Assembly: GCA_964016885.1 (NCBI GenBank)
Contig: OZ024740.1
Location: forward strand, 397,544,001 to 397,608,000
Length of the DNA stretch: 64,000 nt
Reading direction: 5' to 3'
DNA from: Eledone cirrhosa
Taxonomy: Eukaryota
Shown here: piece after piece, positions 1-11,560 of the stretch
Numbering within the stretch: the first letter of the stretch is position 1
How the letters are laid out: every line of letters begins with the position of its first letter
Translations under genes and position numbers: made by a program
The notes under the pieces: generated by a model
Seen by the model: only the letters and a program-made list of their open reading frames with translations
Database searches by the model: none
Told to the model about the DNA's origin: nothing

Positions 1-857
1 ACCGATACTGCCAATCCACCGCCCTTGTATGCAGAAATAACACTATGTAGTATGAAATAACTGGTAAAAAGTTTCAAAAAGACCAATGGTATGTTTGGGA
101 AATATTAGTATAAAATACCACTCTAAAATATCTTTATAGACATTGTATTTAAATATAAGATTTAACAAAAACATACAATGTGTATTGAATAATAATAGAG
201 TGGTGGACAAAATGCTCTGCAATATTCAGTTATGTTGCTTTACACTCTAACTTCAAATCTTGCTGGAGTCAACTTTGTCTTTCATTTGTATGGAACTGAT
301 AAGATAAAATACCAGTGATGTAGTAGAGGTGATGAAATCAACTGTACACTTACACCCCCACCCCATACACACACATATACACCTAAATTTGGAGTGTCTA
401 TGTAAAAAACCAGCCTGATAAATAGATAAGAAATTATTTAGAATACAAGAAATTTCATATTGGCTTTGGTATGTCGATTGCTGTGTTTGATTAGAAATCT
501 GAAACTTGAAGATTCTGTAGAATAATTGTTTCTACATTTGGCACAAAGTCAACAATTGGGGAAAAGAAGGAAAGGGGAAAGTTGACTAAATCGACTCCAG
601 TGCATCACCGGTACTTTATTTTATCGACCCTGTAAGGATGAAAGACAAAGCTAACCTTGCCAAGATTTGTAAAGGGTCATAACTAAATACTGCAAAGCAT
701 TTGCAACATTTAGTAATGGCCCTTTATGTTTTTCTATACTTGAAGAAACACCAATCTGAAATTTAGTACATGCCCACATGTGTGTGTGTTTATGGGTCTG
801 TGTGTATGTGTCTGTATAATAATAACGTCTTTTACTTGTATATTGTTATTTTTCAAG

Positions 858-996
858 GTACATTTGATAATGGGTACTGGGATATTTACATGGAATTTGC
901 TAAAGAAGAGGAAAAAACATGCCTTTGTCGTTACACTGTCCATAATCGAGGAAGTGAGCCAGCAGAGCTGTATATTATGCCACAAATATGGTTAAG
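858..996 (+). CDS. GH63 YMR196W-like glycoside hydrolase, first exon in window (internal exon; upstream exons outside window)
   Basis: tttcaAG|GTACA acceptor, AG|GTtggt donor; encodes GTFDNGYWDIYMEFAK...YTVHNRGSEPAELYIMPQIWLR, resembling the family's YFDV.VEYAK...NRG...A.LH.LPQLWFRNTW segment. Confidence 0.88.
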
Positions 997-1059
997 GTTG
1001 GTTCATTACTATAGAAATATGTAACAATGCTTAGCTTATTCTCTGTTTTCATCCCAGCC

Positions 1060-1180
1060 ATTCTGAGTTCAAATCCCGCCGAGGTTAACTTTGCCTTTCA
1101 TCCTTACGGGGTCGATAAAATAAAGTACCAGTAATGTACTGGGTTATTGCTGGCCTTGTGCCAATAGTAGAAACAATTAT
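1060..1180 (+). mobile_element. Same SINE family, 5'-truncated (further degraded copies at ~190-330 +, ~520-715 -, 1-25 -)
   Basis: gagttcaaatcccgccgaggttaactttgcctttcatcc core and tagaaacaattat tail. Confidence 0.8.
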
Positions 1181-1523
1181 TAACAGTATTACTCTATACA
1201 TGGCAGTAAGGATAACAAAATTCTCATTCAACAAGATTCAAAAGAATTTCAACCAACTTTTATCTACACTGGAAGAAACACCAATCTGAAATTTAGTACA
1301 TGCATACATGTGTGTGTGTATGTATGTATGTGTCAATGCACATGTGTGTTTTGTGGGTATGGGTATGTGTGTGTTTATGTATGTTTATGTGTATGTGTCT
1401 GTGTCTATGTGTGTATGTGTGTGTGTTTATGGGTGTGTTTGTGTGTGTGCATGTGAAATCTAAAATTTGTTTAATTCATTTTCTTTCTAAATTATTTACT
1501 TTCACTGCCTGTTATTTTCATAG

Positions 1524-1627
1524 AGACACATGGAGTCATTATAGCTGTGATAGATGTCGCACATTCTCAAAGCCAGTCATGAAAAGACGTGAAGAGGAGA
1601 ATGATGTTTTTATTTCTTATTCTGAAG
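1524..1627 (+). CDS. GH63 YMR196W-like, exon 2 in window
   Basis: ttttcatAG acceptor, G|GTactg donor; phase 2 junction completes W-L-R-D-T-W; RDTWSHYSCDRCRTFSKPVMKRREEENDVFISYSE. Confidence 0.82.
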
Positions 1628-1945
1628 GTACTGCCGCATTTTCATTTTTCATTTGAAAGAAATTCTGTATAGAAACATATTTCCAAACGAGATTCTGTAT
1701 AAAGTTATGGGAATCACCAATATTAAAAAAACTAGCTTAATTATTACTCTTACTCTTCTAACAGTTTCAGTCATTAGTCTGTGTCTATACTGGGGCACTG
1801 TCATAAATATATTTAGTCAATTATATCATTGGCCCAACACTCATTTTTTTTATGTCTGATATTTATTTTATCAATCTCCTTTTGTCAAAGTGTTAAATTA
1901 GAGGACATAAACTAAGAGACATGCATGGATGGAAGCACTCCTCTT

Positions 1946-2007
<62 letters not shown>

Positions 2008-2171
2008 GTTCAAGAGTAACAAATCTTAAAGAGAGAGATGGAGATAGGAGAGGAGAGATTGGTGAATTAGTTAGAAGCCAAAGCGTAAAGGCATGTGCTC
2101 AATATGCAATATGCAGTGGAAGGCAACTAGGTGGCTGGGTTCATGCAGAGGTTAGGTGCACAGAGCTGGAA

Positions 2172-2744
2172 ATATTCATTAGTTAAGCAAAACAAGACCA
2201 CAAATTTCATAAGGAAGACATTATTAAAAGATTGTCAACATATTTTAGTTTGATGTAAGGAATGTAGAGAATAATAATAATAATATTAATAATAATAATA
2301 TCCGTTTACAATTGTTTCGCTACTCCATATAATATTTCTGGATCAAATCATTATTGATCTGGTTCAGTTGAAAATAATTAACATAGGTAAAAATAGAGCA
2401 GCTCATCGGAACTTCACAAGGAATATAAATTAAAATAAGGAAAGAATGTAATGTGCTATATATTGGTATTTCACTATGGTGTCCTTTATATTCCTTGTGA
2501 AGTTCCGATGAGCTGCTCTATTTCTACCTATGTTAATTATTTTCAACTGAACCAGATCAATAATGATCTATAATCATTTGATCCAGAAATATTATATGGA
2601 GTAGCGAAACAATTGTAAACGGATATTATTATTATTAATATTATTATTATTATTCTCTACATTCCTTACATCAAACTAAAATATGTTGACAATCTTTTAA
2701 TAATGTCTTCCTTATGAAATTTGTGGTCTTGTTTTGCTTAACTA

Positions 2745-2752
<8 letters not shown>
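2172..2752. repeat. Fold-back element: ~260-bp near-perfect inverted arms with ~55-bp spacer; probably inverted Penelope-like terminal repeats
   Basis: 2172-2429 is the reverse complement of 2485-2752 (few mismatches, one small indel); each arm carries a hammerhead-like motif. Confidence 0.9.
2498..2623 (+). ncRNA. Type-I hammerhead ribozyme-like motif (core variant CCGAUGA); mirror copy on - strand at ~2302-2415
   Basis: gtt-CCGATGA(2505-2511), stem II gctgctcta/tggagtagc, GAAAC-aatt-GTA(2606-2617), then aac; palindromic ACAATTGT stem III. Confidence 0.6.
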
Positions 2753-2779
<27 letters not shown>

Positions 2780-2808
2780 ATATATATATATATACAATAT
2801 ATATATAT

Positions 2809-3489
2809 CATCATCATCATCATCATCATCATAATCATCTTCGTTTAACGTCCATATTCCACGCTCGCATGGGTTTGGACGGGAGTTTTCCCACTTGAGA
2901 CAAGAGTGGTTGTCTTGCTCGCATAGGACTGTCTGGCGGGTCTTTTACGGCTGGATGCCCTTCCTAACACCAACCACATTTACAGTGTGGAACTGGGAGG
3001 TTTTTACCGTGTTACCTACACGGCCACATTACAGCGTGGACTGTGTGTTTTTTTGTCGTGACACCTGCACGACCTCATTTGTTTTGGGCTTGATGTTGTG
3101 GTACCAACATAACTTTACATTGAAACGGGTGATGTGGATGGGGTGGGGGTAGTGGGACGGGGGTGTATTTTGTTAGAGGTGCCTACTGACTGTAGTAGGT
3201 TTCACTTTGCACTTAGGTAAGGCAGGTCTTCTCTATTACTGTGTAGCGCCAAAGATCTCGGTCCAGTGACATTGTCTTGGAGAGGTGTAAGTGTGTGAGG
3301 TCGGAATTTATCAAGTCGTCCCAGGTTTTTCTGGGTCTGCCTACTCCGTGGCTACCGTCTATTTTTATTGCCCTGCATTTTTTTATACAGCTGTCGTCTC
3401 TGATGCGCATCACGTGACCATACCAACGTAGTCTTCTCTTGAGTAAACAACATCTGATCCCTCTTATTTCTAATTTCTCCCTTAGTTAC
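2809..3489 (-). mobile_element. RTE-clade LINE family A, 3' end
   Basis: RT C-terminus (RRLRWYGHV...GRPRKTW), 3'UTR and (GAT)n tail. Confidence 0.9.
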
Positions 3490-3508
3490 TATTACATATA
3501 TATATATA

Positions 3509-5246
3509 TCAAGCATGTTCTACAACGCGAGGACCAAAAACGTGAGGTGTTCAGGATTGCTAGGCAATGTCTCAAGGAAAACCGTGATATTGTCGTGATA
3601 TGAAGTGTGTACTTAACGATGATGGCGTACTTGCCATCACTGACGCTGATAAGAAGGTAGCTTGGAAGTGTCACTACGAAAGGCTACTAAATGAGGAGAA
3701 TAAATGGGAGAAAGACAGTCTCCCCCACATCGACCCAATAGAGGGACCAGCAGTGTTAGTCGAAGGTAGTATAATAAGTAAGGCAATCAAAGATATGAAG
3801 ACGGGTAAGGCGGCTGGGCCTTCGGAAATAGTTGCTGAAATGCTGAAAGCTTCTGGAATGGTGGGACACACCATGGTCACCCGGATAGTAAACCAAGTCA
3901 CAGAATGGGGTTGTTCCGAAGGACTGGCGTAGTAGCATCATCATTAAGGGTAAAGGAGATGCCCTAGATAGGAGTAACTATAGAAGCATTAAATTAATCG
4001 ACCAGGTCATGAAGGTCACAGAAAAAGTAATAGCGCAACTAATCAGAGAGAGAATTGATCTAGATGAAATGCAGTTCGGGTTTGTGTCAGGTAAAAGTAC
4101 CACAGATGCTCTTTTCATTGTACGACAACTACAGGAGAAGTACCTAGCTAAAAGTAAACCCCTATACTTAGCTTTTGTCGACTTGGAGAAAGCCTTTGAC
4201 AGAGTCCCCCGTTCCATTCTCTGGTGGGCTCTTAGAAAACTAGGTGTTGAGGAATGGCTTGTGAGAGCTATACAAGCCATGTATAAAGAAACAGTCATCA
4301 AGGTTAGAATTAATATAGTGAAGAGTTTAGCATAAAAGTTGGTGTTCATCAGGGCTCCGTTCTTAGCCCCCTACTATTTATTATTGCCCTTCAAGCTATA
4401 ATAGTGGAGTTCAAGACCGGCTGCCCATGGGAACTCCTATACGCAGATGATCTAACACTCATAGCTGAATTAATGGCCGAACTAGAGAAGAAATTCCAAA
4501 CATGGAAGCATGGCCTAGAATCAAAAGGCCTTAAAATTAACCTGGCTAAGACAAAAGTTCTAGTTTGTAGGAAGGACAATAGGGTGCCGGTCCCATCCAG
4601 GAAATAGCCATGCTCAGTGTGTAGGAAAGGAGTAGGTAGAAACTCCATTTTATGTCCCAAATGCAAACTATGGGTGCATAAAAGATGTAAGCTAACTAAG
4701 AACATAGATTTTATATGTGGCCGGTGCTCTGGTGCAATAAATAGCAGCAAGTGCCCACAGAATACTAGCTCATTCCATTGCACAGATGGTTCTATAAAAA
4801 TAGTGGATAGCTTCCGTTACCTGGGTGACAAAATCAGCAGTGGGGGAGGGTGCTCTGAAAGTACAGTAGCTAGAGTCAGAACTGGATGGAAAAAGTTCAG
4901 AGAGCTTATACCACTATTAGCCGCTAAAGGGTTCTCCCTAAAAATGAAAGGCAGGCTGTATGATGCCTGCATACAAACAGCAATGTTGCATGGCAGTGAG
5001 ACCTGGGCATTGTGTGCAGAGGATATACGCAGACTAGAGAGGAACGAAGCTTGCATGCTCCGCTGGATGTGTAATAGTAATATACGTGAACGGCAAAGCA
5101 TAAACGAACTAAGGGAAAAATTAGAAATAAGAGGGATCAGATGTTGTTTACTCAAGAGAAGACTACGTTGGTATAGTCACGTGATGCGCATGAAAGACGA
5201 CAGCTGTATAAAAAAGTGCAGGGCAATAAAAATAGACGGTAGCCAC
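3509..5246 (+). mobile_element. RTE-clade LINE family A, inverted internal segment (frameshifted RT)
   Basis: ORFs 3600-3932, 4009-4335, 4404-4607, 4617-5261 with FVDLEKAFDRVP, YADD and Cys-rich CxxC motifs. Confidence 0.92.
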
Positions 5247-6111
5247 CCCTTATCAAAATAATAGGTATGAATGTAGATTATGTTCCCAGGAACTTTTTGA
5301 AATAATGAAATCTAAGGATATCCTATTAAATAAGCGACAAGAATTAATTATATCATGTGATCATAAAATTAGAAGAACTTTTAAATATTATAAACCTAAT
5401 TAATATACACTTTACAAATTATTATAATTAATTTTTTTTTTTTTAAATTAGTTAACCTATAATTAATATTCTACTACTAATGAACTGCATAATTTTATTT
5501 CCCTTTTACAGCCATCTTTTCCTAAAATTTATACCAATAAGTATACATATAAACTATTTTAATTTCAGGTTATGAATCTATATTCCTTGTGATCTATATA
5601 AATTTGTTATTTCTCACAAATACATTTATCCCCCCCCCCCCAATTTTTTTTTTTATCCCTTCGTTTTTAACAACATTCTTCAATTACATCTAACTCTTAT
5701 TTATCATATCTATATGAATTAATATAAATTTATCAATATAAATATACCTATCAATTAAATAAATTTATTTTCTTTTTATAGATGTAAATTCCTTATGTTC
5801 ACTAACACATTTATTGTAAAATTTTATTCTCCTTAGATTTTAACATTAGCATTATTCTTTTATAGCATCAAATTTTCGTGTACCTTTCACCGGCTTGACT
5901 TATTTTCATCCCCAAAGTAATCTTTTCATTCAAAATACTCTTTCCATTCAAAACTGAAGTCTGCTTTCCTCTACGCCTAAATTAAATTTCTGTTACTACT
6001 ATTCTATCATCTTGACCACTTACTACCTTTCTATTGGTCAATTCAAAACCTGTTCCCAAACAGACCTATTATATTAAATCTTTGTTGGTTTTTTTTCAAT
6101 AAACAAATATC

Positions 6112-6310
6112 ATTATTTCTGGATTGGCAGTATCGGTAGAGGGTCGGACGCCATGCTTTGACGCATAGAGTTACGGCCCTTTCCATTCTGAGTTCAAATC
6201 CCGCCAAGGTTGACTTTGCCTTTCATCCTTACGGGGTCGATAAAATAAAGTACCAGTCATGTACTGAGTAATTGCTGGCCTTGTGCCAAAAGTAGAAACA
6301 ATTATTTCTG
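6112..6310 (+). mobile_element. tRNA-derived octopod SINE with TSD ATTATTTCTG
   Basis: A-box-like tggcagtatcgg, B-box gagttcaaatcc, core ctttgcctttcatccttacggggtcgataaaataaagtaccag; TSD at 6112-6121 and 6301-6310. Confidence 0.88.
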
Positions 6311-6430
6311 AAGACAGCATATATATGTGTAGGTATGTATATTCCCTCTGATAGTTTGTAAATATTTTACATAGATCTATATGATATACATACCAACACA
6401 CACATATATAGAAACGATCGTAAAATGATG
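6301..6430 (+). ncRNA. Degenerate type-I hammerhead ribozyme motif
   Basis: attattt-CTGAAGA(6308-6314)...stem II tatatatgtgt/acacatatata and ggtatgtatat/atatacatacc...GAAAC-gatc-GTA(6411-6422)-aaatgat; 5 unpaired nt (cagca) at base of stem II. Confidence 0.6.
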
Positions 6431-6482
6431 AATTTTTAAATATAAGGAACTGTTTCTTTGTTTTTATTCATTATTTTTATTC

Positions 6483-6525
<43 letters not shown>

Positions 6526-7200
6526 ATATATATATATATATACAATATATATATATATATATATTGCAGATGAATTCAGCGAATTACTGGTGTCGCCAAT
6601 GTCACCAAACTTGAACTGTCATTAATGATACAATGAACTATTACTGGGTCATCCTAGCATGACACATTCCAACACACACCTGCCAATATGGTCGCCCACC
6701 CTTTCAGCTTCCTGTTTACACCAAAGTCAGTCTTTGAACGTCCAAATCACATACCAATATGCGCCCACGCATGCAACTACATACACACGAATCTTTACAT
6801 GCTCACGCACACGTGAAAACATGCACATGAATATCTGAGAGTATACACGCACATAACTGCCCCACCAGTTACACTACAATACCCACATATGCATGTAACA
6901 GGTTGATACACAATAAATATAAATATCACATACATGTAAACAAAACTTCTTTGTTTTATTCTAATATATATACATATATATATAGTGTAAACAAAGTTTC
7001 ATACACTTAATATGTATGTGCAACCAATGGTTTTGGCCAACACTGTATAATAGAAGAGGCTCTTTTAAACTGGTTCTTCATTCAGGCACATGGACGAATA
7101 TATATATATATATAAGCAAGTATTGCACCAAGAAAAATATTGACTTCGAGGAGAAAGGAGAGTAAGAATTTATTGGCTTTAACATATGTTTCTGTGTTTA

Positions 7201-7414
7201 TTATAATAGTCTACAGGTGGATTGGCAGTATCAGCAGAGGGTCGGACGCCATGCTCTGCAGCACAAATACGTCCCTTTACGGACTGAGTTCAAATCCCGC
7301 CGAGGTTAACTTTGCTTTTCATCATTACGGGGTCAATAAAATAAAGTACCAGTAATACACTGGGATAATTGCTGGTCTTGTGCCAAAAAGTAGAAACAAT
7401 TATAATAGTCTACA
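7201..7414 (+). mobile_element. SINE with 15-bp TSD TTATAATAGTCTACA
   Basis: Same core; TSD at 7201-7215 and 7400-7414. Confidence 0.88.
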
Positions 7415-8317
7415 TATGCTGACTACAATATATATTGTTCAATCATATGCAATACTTAATTATTTATCACACGTCTTCAGAAAGCTTAAAATTGTTTGTG
7501 GTAGTGTCTTTCCTGCATGCCGTAAAATTCAAGAATCAGATGTTCTATATAAAAATGGTATTTATGTTTAACATGAAACGAAGCTTATCGAATAGAACTG
7601 ACACAGCCTCAGTCATTTTTTCACTCACTCAATAATTTGATAAAGTCTATATTATTAAGACACACAAACCAAAGAAATTAGAGTGCACACCTATACGTTA
7701 ATTAGTGAGAAAAACGATTTTGTGTGGGTAGGAAATTTGATTTTCCGGCCCCAGACCAATGTATTAGTTTCTGTAATTCCAATCAGCCACAGAACCAATT
7801 TTTGTCGGATAATGAATATTGTCAATCAAATTGATGATATTATATTGCTGTTACTAATTTTATCATCACCAAAATTTGAACTGATACTATATAGGTATGA
7901 AAATAATTATTGTAAAACATCTTGGTGCAATGATAAAATGCACACCACACTCTGTAGAGTTGGAGAATGTATATAAGCAAGATGAAGTCTTAGTCCATAT
8001 GAGAAATCAGTGACTCCAAATAAATACCGATTTGGTTTGAAACAACCCCTTCAACACTTGCTAACAGGGTAAAGGGATATAAAATGATGATGAAAGTGGT
8101 GGTGGTGGTAGTGGTGGTGGTAATAGTGTGCTGTATGTATACAGCCTTATATGGTCAATATACACTCAGTAGACTATCTATTTGGTAAAGTGCCTATTGT
8201 GTTTTGTACTCTCACAATTCTGAATGATGTTTGTTTGTAAAATGATATAAATATTTATGATATTAAAAACTTATCTAAATCACCCTGTTATTGTTGATTT
8301 TCTTTATTCCTTTCTAG

Positions 8318-8440
8318 GATCCTTCATTGCCAAATTTGATCATGATCCTAAAGGTAAACCTCCAACTTATCTTTTTACTGAAAATGACACCCAAATATCT
8401 GACTATACCAAAAACGCTTTCCATCGATACATTATTTCTG
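8318..8440 (+). CDS. GH63 YMR196W-like, exon 3 in window
   Basis: tttctAG / GTaagc; phase 1-1; GSFIAKFDHDPKGKPPTYLFTENDTQISDYTKNAFHRYIIS (family motifs LFTENET, YVKDAFH.Y). Confidence 0.9.
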
Positions 8441-9790
8441 GTAAGCATTTAAGTGTAAAAATCATGAATTCTTCAGTACATATCTGTAAAATATTAGTAC
8501 TAAATATTTGATTAATTAGTTGATAATTAATTTGATTGCTTGATTTTAAATTGGGTGGTAAACTTAATCCGTTGCTCAGTTTAACACCACCACCTGGCTC
8601 TTGAATGCTTTCATGGTATCCACTCTGTTGTTAGCATTTTCACAAGATCTCTAGTCTGAGGTCTAAGTCAATATCTTGATGCATTTCTAACTACTTCAGC
8701 AACCTGTGAGTTTTGGTTTCTTCCTCTTCTTTCCATACCAGTCTCATAGGCCCAGAAAAAAGGCTATTGATACTGCCCTTCATTTTGCCCAAACCATAAA
8801 ATTAAATTGTTTTTACATCCCTTTTTATTTTGTCAACACTAGTTTGATTGTTCTATTAATTCAAATTTATGCATTATTATTTGAAACAGATGTTTTACAA
8901 CTAGAAGTTCTTTCTAACACATGCTACTCGACTTGAAATGGCTGTGGTGAAGCAAATAACATATTGTCTTTTATCTTGAGACATAATAAAATATTTATAG
9001 TAAGTGTTGCATTGAGGAATTTTGAGACAGTAGTCCATTATCACAGTCACTTTCTTGTATAATTTTTGTAATGTTTTCTGAAAAACAATTAGTATTGCTG
9101 AAATCATTCACATGCTAGCTCTCAAACTTTGTGAAATTATATAGACAAAAAATAAAATTTTCTGTGGCTAGGAAGCAAATCTATTTCAAGTTATATTCCT
9201 AGATCTAGATCTTCAATTAAATAAATTGAGGCAGTAAACGCAATGATTCTGTCCAGAAATATAATGTTCACCCTGAAGTTGATGTAAACTCACCGTCCAA
9301 TAGAAATTTAACCAATACATTAACTACTAAATTATTTTACTTTTGCAGTACTGACATTGTTGGTATCTATTTCCCTACATCTGATATGTTAAATTGACTT
9401 ATACCTATTTGTACCATATCTTCTTCAGCTCAACAGACCTCCTATAATCAAATATCATTTTTTGAAGATGCAAAATATTCACATTTTGGAAGACTTGGAG
9501 TAGATTAAAATTCAAAAATGTTTTTAAAATTGTTTCATACAGTTATGGTTTCTTTTCTTTTTCTGAAAGATATTTCAATAAAGGATGATGATGATGAATG
9601 CTTATCAAAGCCATTTTATATTAGAAGGCTGTAATGGCTGAAAAGTGATTATTTTACTCCTGGTTTGTGGACATGCATTTCTGTATCATTCTACATTTTC
9701 ATACTCAAGAAAGTCACTAAACTCTACTTGTTTTGTTAAAAGGAAAAAGGAAATTATTTATTTCCTGTCTTTATATTTTTTCTTCTTCAG

Positions 9791-9993
9791 AGGAATTAAA
9801 TTCTGTGAACCCAGACATGGAAGGAACCAAATGTGGTGCTCTATATCATGTAATTGTATATCCAGGAAAGAGTGAATGCATTCAGTGGTGTTTGTATTCA
9901 AAAGGTGCTGTTGGTGAATGCAGCAACTTTAGCTGGGCATTTGAAGAGATTTTAAATGCAAGAAAGAAAAGTGCAAAAAACTTTTATACCATG
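9791..9993 (+). CDS. GH63 YMR196W-like, exon 4 in window
   Basis: cttcAG / GTactg; phase 1-0; EELNSVNPDMEGTKCGALY...FEEILNARKKSAKNFYTM (VNP...GTK motif). Confidence 0.9.
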
Positions 9994-10189
9994 GTACTGT
10001 CAAATTTCTAACTTTCCATAAATCTTTCATAAAATATATCCAAAATATATAATATATTTGTAATATATATTTTATCATTTGCTAAATTTCTTTCATAGAG
10101 ATTTTCAAATACTGTTGTTACGGGGAAGAAAAATATATATACTAAAAAGGAATGTTCTTCCTCAAAAGTAGCTGTAGAAGCATCCAAGT

Positions 10190-11560
10190 CCGGGGTGATA
10201 ATTTTATGACACCGTACTCAACATCCATCCCATCTTGTCCGGGATTTGACTAATTCCCCAAAACGCCACCTGCATTCTCAGCTCTCCAATTCTCTTGAAA
10301 GCCATACAAGAGTGCCTGGAGACCAAGCATGCAGACCTGTTGAGGATGATGGAGAGTTGTGCCTCATTGATCTTCATCCAGCACTCTTCTTCCTGAGAAA
10401 CTGCTTCGCCCTTCCAAATTCTTGTTCACACTGCATGGGGTACCTTGTCACCTTCACGGAGATTGCCTTGGGAAACTTGATGCCACCATCCGACACTGTG
10501 TGGAACTCATCCGCAATGTTAGTTTCATCAGCACTGGCTGGCAACAGGCAGAGTTCCCTGTGAGGTTCAGTGGCCTTGGCCTTCGATCTGCATCAGACCT
10601 GGCACTACCGGCCTACCTCTTCTCAATTCTCTCCAGTCACACCCTCATCAGCAAAGTCCTCAGTAAAATGGTAGAACCCAATGTGGCCCTAGAACTGGAG
10701 CAGGCTCTGGCCCACTTGACTGGTGAAGTCCTCTCTGTCCCTAGTATACAAATATCCAATGTAACTGGGATGACATCAAGTGAAAATCTACCTTCAGGTG
10801 GATCACGTCTGTCTTGGACCAACACTACCTAGCCTACCTCTGTTCCACTTCACAGCCAAACAGTGGTGCACGGTTCAATTCAGTGTCCTCCTCATCAAAC
10901 AATACCCTTCTCGATGATGAGTGCACTTGCATTGGAGTGGCCCAATGCCTCAGCATCTGCATGTATGAGCGACACAAATGCTGTAGTGGAGCTGTCATCA
11001 ATGAGTTCAGCCTGCACCTATTATCATGCCGCCCGAGCGCTGGCCAGTTCCCCTGACATGCTGCTCTCAATGACATAATGAGAAAAAGCCTGGACGCAGC
11101 CGGCTTCCCTACACAACTGGAGCCAGCAGGCCCTGGCTATGGAAATGGTAAGCGCCCCAACAGAATTACCCTCTTCCCATTCTAAGGAGGTAAATCCCTC
11201 ATCTGGGATGCAACCTGCTGTAGCACATTCTCTACCCTCAACTTAGTCACTTCAGCCACAAACCCCAGTACTGTGGCCTGCAATGCAGAGGACAGGAAGA
11301 CAAGCAAATACCACGGCTTGTCCGGCCACTACCTTTTTGCACTGGTCACTGTTGAGACCGCAGGCATCCTCGGACCTTGTGCAGCTGAGCTCCTCCATAA
11401 AATCAGAATGACAACAGCCTGTCTGAGGAAGGAGCCCCGTGAGGTGAAGTGACTGTTGCAGTAGGTGTCACTGGCCATTGTCTGCAGAAATGCCTTTGCA
11501 ATTTTGTCTGTAGGGTGCAGCTGCAACAGTGCTCTGACCTAGGTGTAGAGTCTGTCACCC
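10190..11560 (+). mobile_element. Degraded CRE-clade (restriction-like endonuclease) non-LTR retrotransposon, 3' part
   Basis: Frameshifted peptides LRNCFALP, FPVRFSGLGLRSASDLALPAYL, HLLSC, GKRP, LIWDATC, VTVETAG, SLAI..RNA. Confidence 0.75.

Larger units (their letters stand above)
5247..6490 (+). mobile_element. 3' remnant of a Penelope-like element (GIY-YIG C-terminus plus terminal region), interrupted by a SINE
   Basis: 5247-5403 translates PYQNNRYECRLCSQELFEIMKSKDILLNKRQELIISCDHKIRRTFKYYK*, similar to the C-terminus of ORF 43729-44832 (CRLCNLELFYILKS...LLN); ends ttattcatttat(TA)n like the other pLTR. Confidence 0.7.

Noticed and set aside
6118-6210. tRNA genes at A/B-box-like sequences
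   Set aside because: They are SINE heads followed by the SINE core, tail and TSDs; no full cloverleaf.
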